Positions 49,050 to 59,108 of a DNA stretch of 64,000 nucleotides are shown in pieces. The position numbers were made by a program, and so were the translations under genes. The notes under the pieces are model-generated. The model searched no databases and had not been told where the DNA came from. It saw only the letters and a program-made list of their open reading frames with translations. Source of the stretch: Pseudomonadota bacterium (GTDB lineage: Bacteria > Pseudomonadota > Gammaproteobacteria > Xanthomonadales > Xanthomonadaceae); assembly GCA_023430045.1 (NCBI GenBank), contig JAEZCF010000056.1:22116-86115 (forward strand), given 5' to 3'. The first letter of the stretch is position 1, and each line of letters starts with the position of its first letter.

Positions 49050-50036
49050 ATGAAGAACATCGAACACCGCGATTTCAGCCTGTCGCCGGAAAGCAACGAA
49101 CAGCTGGCCAACCTGAGCGGCCCGTTCGACGGGCACCTGCGGCAGATCGAACTCAAGCTCGGGGTCGAGATCGCCAACCGTGGCCACGTCTTCCGCATCA
49201 GCGGCCCCGCCGAGGCGGCACTGGAAGCCCAGAAGCTGCTGGAAGCGCTGTACGCCGAAGCGGCGGAAACCACGTTCGACAGCCACGCCATCCACCTGCG
49301 GTTGAACGAGGCCAATGTGGAGCACATCGCTGAACGCTCCTACCAGGCACAGGACGTCGCCATCAAGGTGAAGCGTGGCACCGTCCGCGGGCGTGGGGCG
49401 AACCAGGCGCGCTACCTGCACCAGATCGCCACGCACGACATCAACTTCGGCATCGGTCCGGCCGGCACCGGCAAGACCTTCCTTGCCGTCGCCAGCGCCG
49501 TGGAAGCATTGAACGAATCGCGCGTGCAGCGGCTCATCCTGGTACGTCCGGCAGTGGAAGCCGGCGAGAAACTCGGCTTCCTGCCCGGCGACCTGACCCA
49601 GAAGGTGGATCCTTACCTGCGGCCGCTGTACGACGCGCTGTATGAGATGCTGGGCCTGGAGAAAGTGGTCAAGCTGCTGGAAAGGAATGTCATCGAGATC
49701 GCTCCGCTGGCCTACATGCGCGGACGCACACTCAACGATGCGTTCGTCATCCTGGACGAGGCGCAGAACACCACCATCGAGCAGATGAAGATGTTTCTGA
49801 CCCGGCTCGGCTATGGCTCCACCGCGGTGGTCACCGGCGACCTGACGCAGACGGATCTTCCCAAGCACATGAAGTCCGGCCTGCGCGATGCCATCGATGT
49901 CCTGCGCGATGTGGAAGGCGTGAGCTTCACCTTCCTGGAAGCGCGCGACGTGGTCCGCCATCCGCTGGTGGCGCGCATCGTCACAGCGTACGATCGCCGC
50001 GACCTGCATGAGATACAGCCGGGAGCCACGTCATGA
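49050..50036 (+). CDS. ybeZ: PhoH-family ATPase (YbeZ)
   Basis: [38 protein letters not shown]. Confidence 0.95.
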   Translation: MKNIEHRDFSLSPESNEQLANLSGPFDGHLRQIELKLGVEIANRGHVFRISGPAEAALEAQKLLEALYAEAAETTFDSHAIHLRLNEANVEHIAERSYQAQDVAIKVKRGTVRGRGANQARYLHQIATHDINFGIGPAGTGKTFLAVASAVEALNESRVQRLILVRPAVEAGEKLGFLPGDLTQKVDPYLRPLYDALYEMLGLEKVVKLLERNVIEIAPLAYMRGRTLNDAFVILDEAQNTTIEQMKMFLTRLGYGSTAVVTGDLTQTDLPKHMKSGLRDAIDVLRDVEGVSFTFLEARDVVRHPLVARIVTAYDRRDLHEIQPGATS

Positions 50037-50512
50037 CCAAGGGTCCAGTCCGCCTCGACGTGGCCGTCAGCTACGCCCTGCCGCGCGCCGGCCTGCCATC
50101 GGCGGTCAGCTTCCGGCGCTGGGTGGGTGCCGCGCTGAAGGGCCGCATCCGTGAAGCCGATCTGGCGATCCGCCTTGTGGATGCCAAGGAAGGGCAGTCC
50201 CTGAACCGCCACTACCGTGGCAAGGACTACGCCACCAACGTGCTGAGCTTCCCCGCCGACCTGCCCGAGGGCCTGCCGAAGGGGGTCAAGTTCCCGCTGC
50301 TCGGGGATCTGGTGATCTGTGCCCCGGTGGTCGCCCGCGAGGCGGCCGAACAGGGCAAAGTGCTCAATGCGCACTATGCGCACCTGACGGTGCACGGCAC
50401 GCTGCATCTGCTCGGCTGGGACCACGAAGACGACAAGGAAGCCGAGGCGATGGAGCAGTTGGAACGCGACATCCTTGCCGAACTGGGTATCGCCGACCCC
50501 TACGCCGGCTAA
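50033..50512 (+). CDS. ybeY: rRNA maturation endoribonuclease YbeY
   Basis: [24 protein letters not shown]. Confidence 0.96.
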   Translation: MTKGPVRLDVAVSYALPRAGLPSAVSFRRWVGAALKGRIREADLAIRLVDAKEGQSLNRHYRGKDYATNVLSFPADLPEGLPKGVKFPLLGDLVICAPVVAREAAEQGKVLNAHYAHLTVHGTLHLLGWDHEDDKEAEAMEQLERDILAELGIADPYAG

Positions 50513-50651
50513 CGCTGAACCCGGCTGCGTGATGCATGACGGGTAGCGCGGGGTTCTGCCGCGCGGTGTGGCGGCAGCCGGGTAGAGCCCGGCTCTACGT
50601 GTCATCCCGTACGACAGGCGACACCCGGCGCTACATGGGTATCATCCGGGC

Positions 50652-51233
50652 ATGCCCGTTGATGGAACCGTGCCCGTGCTGCTGCGCTCTGCCCTGCCCC
50701 TGCTGATGCTTGTCGCTGTTCCGGCCGCCTGGGCCGCTCCGGTGGACGTGGCCGCCCTGGTTGAATGCCGCCAGGATGTCGCCGGGCATGCGGCGTTCGT
50801 GGCCCTGGCGGCCGATCCGCTGCAGGCCGTGGCCGCCGGCCTGCAGCCGCTTCCGCAGGGCAACCAGTTCATGAGCGAATTCCGCCTGGCTCAGCCGATG
50901 ACTGCTTTCGGCCACCGTACCGAACACATCGCACTGGCCGGCGCCAGCATCATGGCGGTGCTGGACGAGGCCGACCCACGCCCGCTTGCACATCAGCTGG
51001 CGCTGGAAACGGCCTACGATGCCGACGGCAAGTTCATGGCCGGACGCGAACTGGTCAGCCGCGATGTCACCGACGCCGCCACCGGCGAAGCGCAGATCGA
51101 GTCGATCATCCTCAGCGTGTCCACGGTGCAGAGCCACCCCGGCAAGACCCTGGCCGGCTGCACCTACAGCCTGGACCTGCCGGCCGACGACGAGCCGCCG
51201 GCCGACCCGCCACAGCCCTCCGGGGCCGGCTGA
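50652..51233 (+). CDS. Hypothetical exported protein
   Basis: Signal-peptide-like N-terminus, host-like codon usage. Confidence 0.65.
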   Translation: MPVDGTVPVLLRSALPLLMLVAVPAAWAAPVDVAALVECRQDVAGHAAFVALAADPLQAVAAGLQPLPQGNQFMSEFRLAQPMTAFGHRTEHIALAGASIMAVLDEADPRPLAHQLALETAYDADGKFMAGRELVSRDVTDAATGEAQIESIILSVSTVQSHPGKTLAGCTYSLDLPADDEPPADPPQPSGAG

Positions 51234-51346
51234 ACCGGGCACCGCCCTGCCCGTCCGGCATCTGCCGCCCGGTGGTGCATGACAGGTACCGACATCCTGC
51301 TAGACTGCGTCCAACGCCCGGCCTGCCGGGTGCCTTTTTTGCAGAG

Positions 51347-52225
51347 ATGTCAGAAGACGACAGTACAAGCTCCACGGAGCACAGCGAGAAGAAACGCAGC
51401 TGGCTTGAACGCCTCAGCGCTGCGTTTTCCGGCGAACCCCATACCCGCGACGAGCTGGTAGCGCTGCTGCGCACCGCGCAGGACGACGGGCTCATCGCCG
51501 CCGATACCCTGAAGATGATGGAAGGTGCCATTGCGGTCGCCGAACTGACCGTGGGCGATGTGATGATCTCGCGCTCGCAGATGGTCTCGCTGCCGGTGGA
51601 ATCGCCGTTCCTGGACCTCATGCACCAGGTCGTCGAATCCGGCCATTCGCGGTTCCCGGTGCATGGCGACAACAAGGACGACATCCTCGGCATCCTGCTG
51701 GCCAAGGACCTGCTGCGCGGCGTGGTCGCCGACAACGGACCGGGCAACGTCCGGGAGCTTCTGCGGCCTGCGGTGCTGATTCCGGAATCGAAGAAGCTCA
51801 ACGTGCTGCTGAAGGAGTTCCGGCTGTCACGCAACCATATGGCCATCGTGGTGGACGAGTACGGCGGTGTCGCCGGCCTGGTCACCATCGAGGACGTGCT
51901 GGAGCAGATCGTCGGCGAGATCGACGACGAGCACGACGAAGCCGAGGATCCGGCGGCGGGCATCGCCGTCCAGGCCGACGGCCGCTATGTGGTGGACGCG
52001 CTGACGGCGATCGAGGATTTCAACGAGCGTTTCGGTGCCAGCTTTCCGGACGACGACTACGACACCATCGGCGGCCTTGTGACCGAAGCGGTCGGCCATC
52101 TGCCTGAAGTCGGCGATGAGCTTGCGCTGGACCGCTTCATGTTCCGCGTGGCGCGTGCGGACGCCCGCCGCGTGCAGGCTTTCCACGTGACCGTGTTGCC
52201 GCCGGACGAGCAGGAATCCGCTTGA
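51347..52225 (+). CDS. corC: CBS/CorC-domain Mg/Co transport-associated protein
   Basis: SGHSRFPV, HMAIVVDEYGG, TIEDVLEQIVGEIDDEHD. Confidence 0.93.
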   Translation: MSEDDSTSSTEHSEKKRSWLERLSAAFSGEPHTRDELVALLRTAQDDGLIAADTLKMMEGAIAVAELTVGDVMISRSQMVSLPVESPFLDLMHQVVESGHSRFPVHGDNKDDILGILLAKDLLRGVVADNGPGNVRELLRPAVLIPESKKLNVLLKEFRLSRNHMAIVVDEYGGVAGLVTIEDVLEQIVGEIDDEHDEAEDPAAGIAVQADGRYVVDALTAIEDFNERFGASFPDDDYDTIGGLVTEAVGHLPEVGDELALDRFMFRVARADARRVQAFHVTVLPPDEQESA

Positions 52226-53487
52226 AGCGTCGCGTTGGACCCATGCTGACCGCGTGGCTGGCCGTGCTGATGCTGGCCGGCCTGCTGGGATTTTCTGCCT
52301 TTGCGCAGGCCCCTTCGGAGAGCGGCGGAACCGTCGGGCAGGTGGCGGGCGAGCCTGCCGCTGCCGACGTGCCGCGCATCGGCGTGTTGACGATGCAGCC
52401 GGGCACGGTCTTCTTCGAGCGCTTCGGCCACGACGCCATCGTGGTGGTGGATCCGCTTACCGGCGCAGCCACGTCCTACAACTTCGGTTACTTCGATCCG
52501 GGCGAGCCGGATTTCGTCAGCCGCTTCGCGCGCGGCGAGATGATGTACTACCTGGTGGCGCTGCCGCTGCAGCAGGATCTTTCCTACTACGACGAAACCG
52601 GCCGCGGCGCGAGCGTGCAATGGCTGGATCTGCCGCCACGGCAGGCCCGGGCGATCGCCGACGACCTGGCCGAACGGGCGCGCCCGGAGAATGCGCGCTA
52701 CCGCTACGACTACTACACCGCCAACTGCGCGACGATGGTCCGCGACACCCTGGACAAGGCGATGGGCGGTGCCCTGCACGCGCAGCTGTCCGGGCGGTCG
52801 CGCGGCAACACCTACCGCAGCGAATCGGTGCGCCTGGCCTCGCCTGCGCCGTGGATGTGGCTGGGCTTCGACCTGGGCCTAGGCCCGTTCGCCGACCAGC
52901 CGCTGTCGCGCTGGCAGGAAGCCTTCGTGCCGATGCGCCTGGCCGACGCGCTGCGCCAGGTGCGCACCAGCGAGGGGCGCCCGCTGGTGCAGTCCGAACA
53001 GCAGCTGCTGGCGCACCGCATCGCGGCAGAGCCGAAGGAAGACGCGCGGCACTGGTGGCCGTGGCTGCTGGTCGGGCTGGTGCTGGGGGCCGGTGCCTTG
53101 GCGCTGCACGGTCGGCCACGCCTGCTTGCCGCGCTCGCCGCGCCCGTGTGGCTGCTGTGCGGCCTTGCCGGTGGGGTACTGGTGTTCCTGTGGGCATTCA
53201 GCGACCACCACGCGGCGTGGGCGAACCGCAACCTGCTGCAGCTTTCGCCGCTCTGCCTGCTGCTGCTGGCCGGCGCGTTCCAGCTGCTGCGCCGCCGTAC
53301 GCCAGGACGCTGGTTCGCCGTGGTGCTGTGGGTGGTGGCCGGATTGTCGCTGGCCGGGCTGGTGCTGCATTGGCTGAGCCTGCAGGCGCAGTTCAACCTG
53401 CAGTGGATCGTGCTGCTGCTGCCGGTGCACGTGGCGCTGGCATGGACGCTCGGCCGCATGCCGCGCTTGCCGGTGCACGGCCGCTGA
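52222..53487 (+). CDS. DUF4105-domain membrane protein, candidate Lnb-type lipoprotein N-acyltransferase
   Basis: FGHDAI, YNFGYFD, YRYDYYTANCAT periplasmic domain plus several C-terminal TM helices. Confidence 0.72.
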   Translation: MKRRVGPMLTAWLAVLMLAGLLGFSAFAQAPSESGGTVGQVAGEPAAADVPRIGVLTMQPGTVFFERFGHDAIVVVDPLTGAATSYNFGYFDPGEPDFVSRFARGEMMYYLVALPLQQDLSYYDETGRGASVQWLDLPPRQARAIADDLAERARPENARYRYDYYTANCATMVRDTLDKAMGGALHAQLSGRSRGNTYRSESVRLASPAPWMWLGFDLGLGPFADQPLSRWQEAFVPMRLADALRQVRTSEGRPLVQSEQQLLAHRIAAEPKEDARHWWPWLLVGLVLGAGALALHGRPRLLAALAAPVWLLCGLAGGVLVFLWAFSDHHAAWANRNLLQLSPLCLLLLAGAFQLLRRRTPGRWFAVVLWVVAGLSLAGLVLHWLSLQAQFNLQWIVLLLPVHVALAWTLGRMPRLPVHGR

Positions 53488-53493
53488 CGCACG

Positions 53494-54504
53494 ATGGCAG
53501 GCATGTCCCACCCCGCTACCGACAATCCCGCTTCGGTCATCAACTGCGTCCACTATGACGATGCGGGCACGCGCCATGATGTCAGCCTGGATGCGATCAG
53601 CGACGTCATCGCCAGCGGCGACGGCTTCATCTGGGTCGGTCTGTACGATCCGTCCGACGAGGTGCTGCTGAAGCTGCAGCAGGAGTTCTGCCTGCACGAT
53701 CTGGCCATCGAGGATGCGCGCAACGCGCACCAGCGCCCGAAGGTGGAAACCTACGGCAACTCGCTGTTCGTGGTGGTCACCACCGCGCAGATGGTCGATG
53801 AGCACATCCAGTACGGCGAAACCCACGCCTTCGTCGGCCAGCGGTTCCTGCTGACGGTGCGTCACGGCGCATCGCTGTCGTATGCGCCGGTGCGCGCGCG
53901 GGTGGAGCGCGAGCCGCATCTGCTGCGGATGGGACCTTCGTACTGCCTGTATGCGGTGCTGGATTTCGTCGTCGACAATTACCTGCCGATCACCAACCGC
54001 TTCCGCGACACGCTGGACCTGCTGGAAAAGGACATCTTCGCGGAGAACTACAAGCGCACCACGGTGGTCCGCCTGTACGAGCTCAAGCGTGAACTGAACA
54101 AGATGCGCATGGCCGTGGCGCCGCTGCAGGATGTATTGGCGCAGCTGCGGCGCTATCCCGCCGAAAGCGGATTGATACCCGATGAAGTGAAGCTCTACGT
54201 CCGTGACGTGCACGACCACGCGGTGCGCATCAGTGATGTGATCGATACGCTGCGCGAGATGCTGGGTACCGCCCTGAGCGTGAATCTCTCGCTGGTGACG
54301 CTGGCGCAGGGCGAGACGGTGAAGCGGCTTGGTGCATGGGCGGCGCTGCTGGCCGCGCCGACGCTGATCACCAGCTGGTATGGCATGAACTTCACCCACA
54401 TGCCGGAGCTGGACAAGCCATGGGCGTATCCACTGATGATCGTCGGCGTGGCCGCGGTGTGCGTGGGGCTGTACCGCCTGTTCAAGCGGGCCAGGTGGCT
54501 GTAG
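53494..54504 (+). CDS. corA: Magnesium/cobalt transporter CorA family
   Basis: HQRPKVE, YGMNF signature, MPEL. Confidence 0.93.
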   Translation: MAGMSHPATDNPASVINCVHYDDAGTRHDVSLDAISDVIASGDGFIWVGLYDPSDEVLLKLQQEFCLHDLAIEDARNAHQRPKVETYGNSLFVVVTTAQMVDEHIQYGETHAFVGQRFLLTVRHGASLSYAPVRARVEREPHLLRMGPSYCLYAVLDFVVDNYLPITNRFRDTLDLLEKDIFAENYKRTTVVRLYELKRELNKMRMAVAPLQDVLAQLRRYPAESGLIPDEVKLYVRDVHDHAVRISDVIDTLREMLGTALSVNLSLVTLAQGETVKRLGAWAALLAAPTLITSWYGMNFTHMPELDKPWAYPLMIVGVAAVCVGLYRLFKRARWL

Positions 54505-54533
54505 AAGCGGGTTTTCCCGGTTGGGCGGGGCAT

Positions 54534-54558
54534 GCAGCCGAGCATGGCTCGGCTCTAC
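54534..54558 (-). repeat. GTAG-type REP palindrome
   Basis: GTAGAGCCGAGCCATGCTCGGCTGC between convergent genes. Confidence 0.78.
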
Positions 54559-54572
54559 CCTGCTTGGCGTGG

Positions 54573-55937
54573 TCAGGCGACGTAGACTGACTTGATGTTC
54601 ATGAATTCATGGATGCCGTGCTCGGCCAGTTCGCGGCCGAAACCGGATTCCTTGGTGCCACCGAACGGCAGGCGCGCATCGCTCTTGACGATGGCGTTGA
54701 CGAATGCGGCGCCACACTCCATGCGCTGGGCAAAGGCTTCACCTCGCCGGGCATCGGCCGTCCACACGCTGCCACCCAGGCCAAAGCGGGTGTCGTTGGC
54801 TACGCGCAGCGCTTCAGCTTCGTCGCGCACGCGGATCACCGCCGCGACCGGGCCGAACAATTCCTCATCGTAGGCCGGCATGCCGGGCCCCACCTGGTCC
54901 AGGACGGTCGCCGCATAACCGGCATGGGTACCTTCGATGGGCGCGCCACCGACCAGCACGCGAGCGCCCTTGGCCACGCTTTCCTGCACCTGCCGGTGCA
55001 GTTCCTCGCGCAGATCCGCGCGGGCCAATGGCGCCAGTGTCGTTTGCGCGTCCTGCGGGTCGCCATACCGGCGTTCGCCGGCAGCCTGCACGAAGCGCTC
55101 GGTGAATGCGTCGGCCACCGCATCCACCAGGATGAAGCGCTTGGCCGCGATGCAGGTCTGCCCGCTGTTGTCGAAGCGGGACTTCACCGCCGCCGCCACG
55201 GCCTTGTCCAGGTCGGCATCTTCCAGCACCACGAAGGCATCGCTGCCACCGAGTTCCATCACGCATTTCTTCAACTGTTCGCCGGCGTTGCCGGCAATGG
55301 AACGCCCTGCCCGCTCGCTGCCGGTCAGCGTCACCGCCTTCACCCGACGGTCGCGCAGAACGTCGGCCGCCTGGTCGTTGTCGATGTGCAGCACGTTGAA
55401 CACGCCCTCGGGCAGGCCCGCATCACGCACCACCTCGAAGATCAGGTCCGCGCACTGCGGTACGTTGCTGGCGTGCTTGAGCAGGGCCACGTTGCCTGCC
55501 ATGAACGCAGGCGCGAGGAAACGGAAGACCTGCCAGACCGGGAAGTTCCAGGGCATCACCGCGAACACGCAGCCGATGGGCTCATAGCGCACGTAACTGC
55601 GCTGGGCCTCGGTCGTGATCTGCTGCGGTTGGAGGTAATCCGCCGCGTGGCCAGCATAGAACTCACAGGCATCGGCACACTTGTCCACCTCGGCAAGCGC
55701 TTCGGCCTTCAGCTTGCCCATCTCGCGGGTCATCGCCTGCTGCAGGTCGTCGCGGCGACGGCGCAGCTGCCCGGCAATGGACACGAGCAGCGCGGCGCGG
55801 TCCGGCACTGAACGGGCGGCCCAGCCGGGAAACGCCTCGGCTGCGGCCTGCAGGCGCCTTTCGATGCCCTCGCTGTCCAGCAGCTCATGGCGATAATCCA
55901 CCTTGCCGGTGGTCGGATTGACGATTTCGACAGTCAT
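54573..55937 (-). CDS. NAD-dependent succinate-semialdehyde dehydrogenase (Sad-like)
   Basis: VMPWNFP, TGSERAG, MELGGSD, NSGQTC, EELFGP; next to polyamine uptake genes. Confidence 0.85.
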   Translation of the reverse strand: MTVEIVNPTTGKVDYRHELLDSEGIERRLQAAAEAFPGWAARSVPDRAALLVSIAGQLRRRRDDLQQAMTREMGKLKAEALAEVDKCADACEFYAGHAADYLQPQQITTEAQRSYVRYEPIGCVFAVMPWNFPVWQVFRFLAPAFMAGNVALLKHASNVPQCADLIFEVVRDAGLPEGVFNVLHIDNDQAADVLRDRRVKAVTLTGSERAGRSIAGNAGEQLKKCVMELGGSDAFVVLEDADLDKAVAAAVKSRFDNSGQTCIAAKRFILVDAVADAFTERFVQAAGERRYGDPQDAQTTLAPLARADLREELHRQVQESVAKGARVLVGGAPIEGTHAGYAATVLDQVGPGMPAYDEELFGPVAAVIRVRDEAEALRVANDTRFGLGGSVWTADARRGEAFAQRMECGAAFVNAIVKSDARLPFGGTKESGFGRELAEHGIHEFMNIKSVYVA

Positions 55938-56063
55938 CGGATGTCTCCTCGAAACAGGGCTCCATTGTGCGCCCGCCTTCGTGATCCCGATGTTGCGCGG
56001 ATGGGCAGGACGCAGCCCATCACCGCGACACAGTGTCGCGGTGGCGGCATCCCCAGGCCGCTG

Positions 56064-56909
56064 TCAGCCCTTGTCCTGCCGGGCCAGCTGCAGGTCGCGC
56101 TGGCGACGCTTGTCAGCGCGGGCATTGAAATACCAGCCGATGACCGCTGCCACTGCCACCGCCGACACCATCAGCGTCGCCAGCGCATTGATCTTCGGAC
56201 TGATACCCATGCGCACGGAAGCGAATACCTTCATCGGCAGCGTGGTGGAACTGGGACCGGCGACGAAGCTGGCGATCACCACGTCATCCAGCGACAGCGT
56301 GAAGGCCAACAGCCAGCCGGCCAGCAGCGCCGGCGCGATGATCGGCAGGGTGATCCGGAGGAACACCGTCAGGCGGCTGGCCCCCAGGTCCATCGCCGCC
56401 TCTTCCAGCGATACGTCCAGCTCCTGCAACCGCGAGGACACCACCACGGTGACGAACGCCAGGGTGAAGGTGACGTGGGCGATCCAGATCGTCGCTGCAC
56501 CGCGAGCAGGGAATCCCGGTACGCCCCCCATGGATACCAGCAGGGTCATCAGCGAAAAACCAAGGATGACATCGGGCATCACCAGCGGTGCGGTGATCAG
56601 CGCGCTGAAGGCCGATTTTCCGCGGAAACGCGGGAAACGGGTCATCACCATCGCCGCCATGGTGCCCAGCACGGTAGCCGCGCATGCGGTCCAGAAAGCG
56701 ACCTTCAGGCTCATCCAGAGCGCGTCCATCAAGGCGCGGTCGTTGAACAGCTCGCCATACCAGCGGGTGGAAAAACCAGCCCACACCGTGGCCAGCCGCG
56801 AGCTGTTGAACGAGAACAGCATCAGCAGCAGGATCGGCAGGTACAGGAACGCAAAGCCCAGTGCCAGGGCGCCCCACCCCATCCAGCGATAACCGCGCAG
56901 CGTGCTCAT
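56064..56909 (-). CDS. potI: Putrescine ABC transporter permease
   Basis: FLYLPILLL, FSFN, SLEEAAMDLGA EAA loop, SLDDVVI. Confidence 0.88.
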   Translation of the reverse strand: MSTLRGYRWMGWGALALGFAFLYLPILLLMLFSFNSSRLATVWAGFSTRWYGELFNDRALMDALWMSLKVAFWTACAATVLGTMAAMVMTRFPRFRGKSAFSALITAPLVMPDVILGFSLMTLLVSMGGVPGFPARGAATIWIAHVTFTLAFVTVVVSSRLQELDVSLEEAAMDLGASRLTVFLRITLPIIAPALLAGWLLAFTLSLDDVVIASFVAGPSSTTLPMKVFASVRMGISPKINALATLMVSAVAVAAVIGWYFNARADKRRQRDLQLARQDKG

Positions 56910-57817
56910 GCCTGGCGTCCTTCCAGCAGGCGCTGCTGGGACCGGTTGAACAGGAAGATCGGCACCAGCAGCAGCAACAGCATCACCACCGCGACCGCCG
57001 AGGCGACCGGCCAGTTGCGGTTGTTGAAGAATTCCCCCCACAGCACGCGCCCGATCATCAGCGTGTCCGGCCCGCCCAGCATTTCCGGGATGACGAACTC
57101 GCCGACCGCCGGAATCATCACCAGCATGCAGCCGGCGATGATGCCGGCCTTCGACAGCGGCAGCGTGATGCGCAGGAACGCCTGCCACGGCTTCGCGCCC
57201 AGGTCGTAGGCGGCTTCCAGCAACCGCTGGTCATGCTTGACCAGGTTCGCGTACAGCGGCAGCACCATGAACGGCAGGTAGCAGTACACGATGCCGATGT
57301 AGGCGGCCGTTGGCGTGTAAAGGATGCGCAGCGGCTGGTCGATCAGGCCGATCTTCAGCAGCAGCTGGTTGAGCAGGCCATTGCGGTCCAGGATGCCGAT
57401 CCACGCATAGACACGGATAAGGAACGACGTCCATGACGGCAGCACCACCAGCATCATCATGACGTTGCGCGAGGCCGGCGACATGCGTGCGATGGCATGG
57501 GCCATCGGATAGCCGATGAGCAGCGTGAGCAGGGTGGAGACCGCAGCGATCCGGAACGAGCTCAGGTATGCCAGCAGGTATTGCTGGTCACGTGCCAGCT
57601 GCAGGTAGTTTTCCAGGTTGAGCCGGAGCGAGAACGCACCATCCACATACTGCAGCAGCCACGTATAGGGCGGCGTGCCCACCTGGGTATGCGCGAAGGA
57701 GATCATCAGGATGATCGCGAACGGCACCGCGAAGAACAGCAGCAGCCACAGGTACGGCACGCCGACGACGGTGGCGCGCAGGCCCGGCAACCAGCGCTTC
57801 AGGCCAGCCGCGCTCAT
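56906..57817 (-). CDS. potH: Putrescine ABC transporter permease
   Basis: PSWTSFLIRVYAW, LLEAAYDLGA, GEFVIPEMLGG. Confidence 0.88.
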   Translation of the reverse strand: MSAAGLKRWLPGLRATVVGVPYLWLLLFFAVPFAIILMISFAHTQVGTPPYTWLLQYVDGAFSLRLNLENYLQLARDQQYLLAYLSSFRIAAVSTLLTLLIGYPMAHAIARMSPASRNVMMMLVVLPSWTSFLIRVYAWIGILDRNGLLNQLLLKIGLIDQPLRILYTPTAAYIGIVYCYLPFMVLPLYANLVKHDQRLLEAAYDLGAKPWQAFLRITLPLSKAGIIAGCMLVMIPAVGEFVIPEMLGGPDTLMIGRVLWGEFFNNRNWPVASAVAVVMLLLLLVPIFLFNRSQQRLLEGRQA

Positions 57818-58950
57818 GAGGTGAGCACCACGCCGTCGTTGTCGCGCCAATGCACCCACACCTCGTCGCCCCAGGTCAGGCCATCGCTGGCCCAGCGCTG
57901 CGAGTTGGCGAAGTTGGCCATTACCGTGGCACCGCTGGGCAGGCGCACGTGGTAGACCGAATGGCTGCCGAAATAGGCGATGTCCTCGATGACGCCCTGC
58001 GCCTTGTTGGTGTGCCCTTCCGGCTCGTCCTTGCCGATCATGACCTTCTCCGGGCGCAGTGCGAACGCGACCGGCTGTCCTTCATAACAGGTGATGCCGT
58101 GCGCGATGTAGATCGGCGCCGGGAACATCGGCGTACGCACGGTGACGTACTCAGGCAGGTCCTCGTCGATCACCCCATCGAAGGTGTTCACCGAGCCGAT
58201 GAAGCCGGCGACGAAGCGGTTGGCGGGCTGTTCGTACACTTCATCGGGCTTGCCGACCTGCTGGATCCAGCCGGCATCCATCACCGCGATGCGGGTGGCC
58301 ATGGTCATCGCTTCTTCCTGGTCGTGGGTGACCATCACGCATGTCACCCCGGACGTCTCGATGATGTTGACCAGTTCCAGCTGCATCTGCGAGCGCAGCT
58401 TCTTGTCCAGCGCTCCCATCGGCTCATCGAGCAGCAGCAGCTTCGGCCCCTTGGCCAGCGACCGGGCCAGCGCCACGCGCTGCTGCTGGCCACCGGACAG
58501 CTGGTGCGGCCTGCGCCTGGCCAGCTGGGTCATGTGCACCAGGTCCAGCATCTCCCCCACCCGGCGATGGATGGCATCAGTGGCCAGGCCATCCTGCCTG
58601 AGACCGAAGGCGATGTTCTGCTCCACGGTCATGTGCGGGAACAACGCGTAGGACTGGAACATCATGTTGACCGGGCGCTTGTACGGCGGCAGCGCATCCA
58701 GCCGCTGGCCATCGAGCACGATGCTGCCCTTCGTCGGCGTTTCGAAGCCGCCCAGGCAGCGCAGCAGGGTGGACTTGCCACTGCCCGAGCCGCCCAGCAG
58801 CGCGAAGATCTCACCCTTGCGAACATCCAGGCTGACATCGTCCACGGCGACGAAGCCATCGAATTCCTTGCGCAGATCGCGGATGGACAGGTAACCGGGC
58901 TCGGCCGTCATCGCGACGGTGGTGGCTTCCGGTTGGGCTTCGACGGACAT
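57814..58950 (-). CDS. potG: Putrescine ABC transporter ATP-binding protein
   Basis: GGSGSGKST, MMFQSYALFPHMTV, LSGGQQQR, VTHDQEEA, TOBE-like tail. Confidence 0.88.
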   Translation of the reverse strand: MSVEAQPEATTVAMTAEPGYLSIRDLRKEFDGFVAVDDVSLDVRKGEIFALLGGSGSGKSTLLRCLGGFETPTKGSIVLDGQRLDALPPYKRPVNMMFQSYALFPHMTVEQNIAFGLRQDGLATDAIHRRVGEMLDLVHMTQLARRRPHQLSGGQQQRVALARSLAKGPKLLLLDEPMGALDKKLRSQMQLELVNIIETSGVTCVMVTHDQEEAMTMATRIAVMDAGWIQQVGKPDEVYEQPANRFVAGFIGSVNTFDGVIDEDLPEYVTVRTPMFPAPIYIAHGITCYEGQPVAFALRPEKVMIGKDEPEGHTNKAQGVIEDIAYFGSHSVYHVRLPSGATVMANFANSQRWASDGLTWGDEVWVHWRDNDGVVLTS

Positions 58951-59049
58951 GGGGGCTCCGGGAGCAGACGGGGGCAGCGGCATGCATTTTAACGGCAGCC
59001 GATGACGGCCGTGCATGCCGTGGGTGGGCAATGCCCTGGAGCCCATCAC

Positions 59050-59108
59050 GTAGAGCCGGGCTCTGCCCGGCTGATGGAGATGCGTAGCGGGGCAGAGCCC
59101 CGCTCTAC
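59050..59108. repeat. Inverted pair of GTAG REPs (REP doublet)
   Basis: GTAGAGCCGGGCTCTGCCCGGCT ... AGCGGGGCAGAGCCCCGCTCTAC. Confidence 0.75.
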
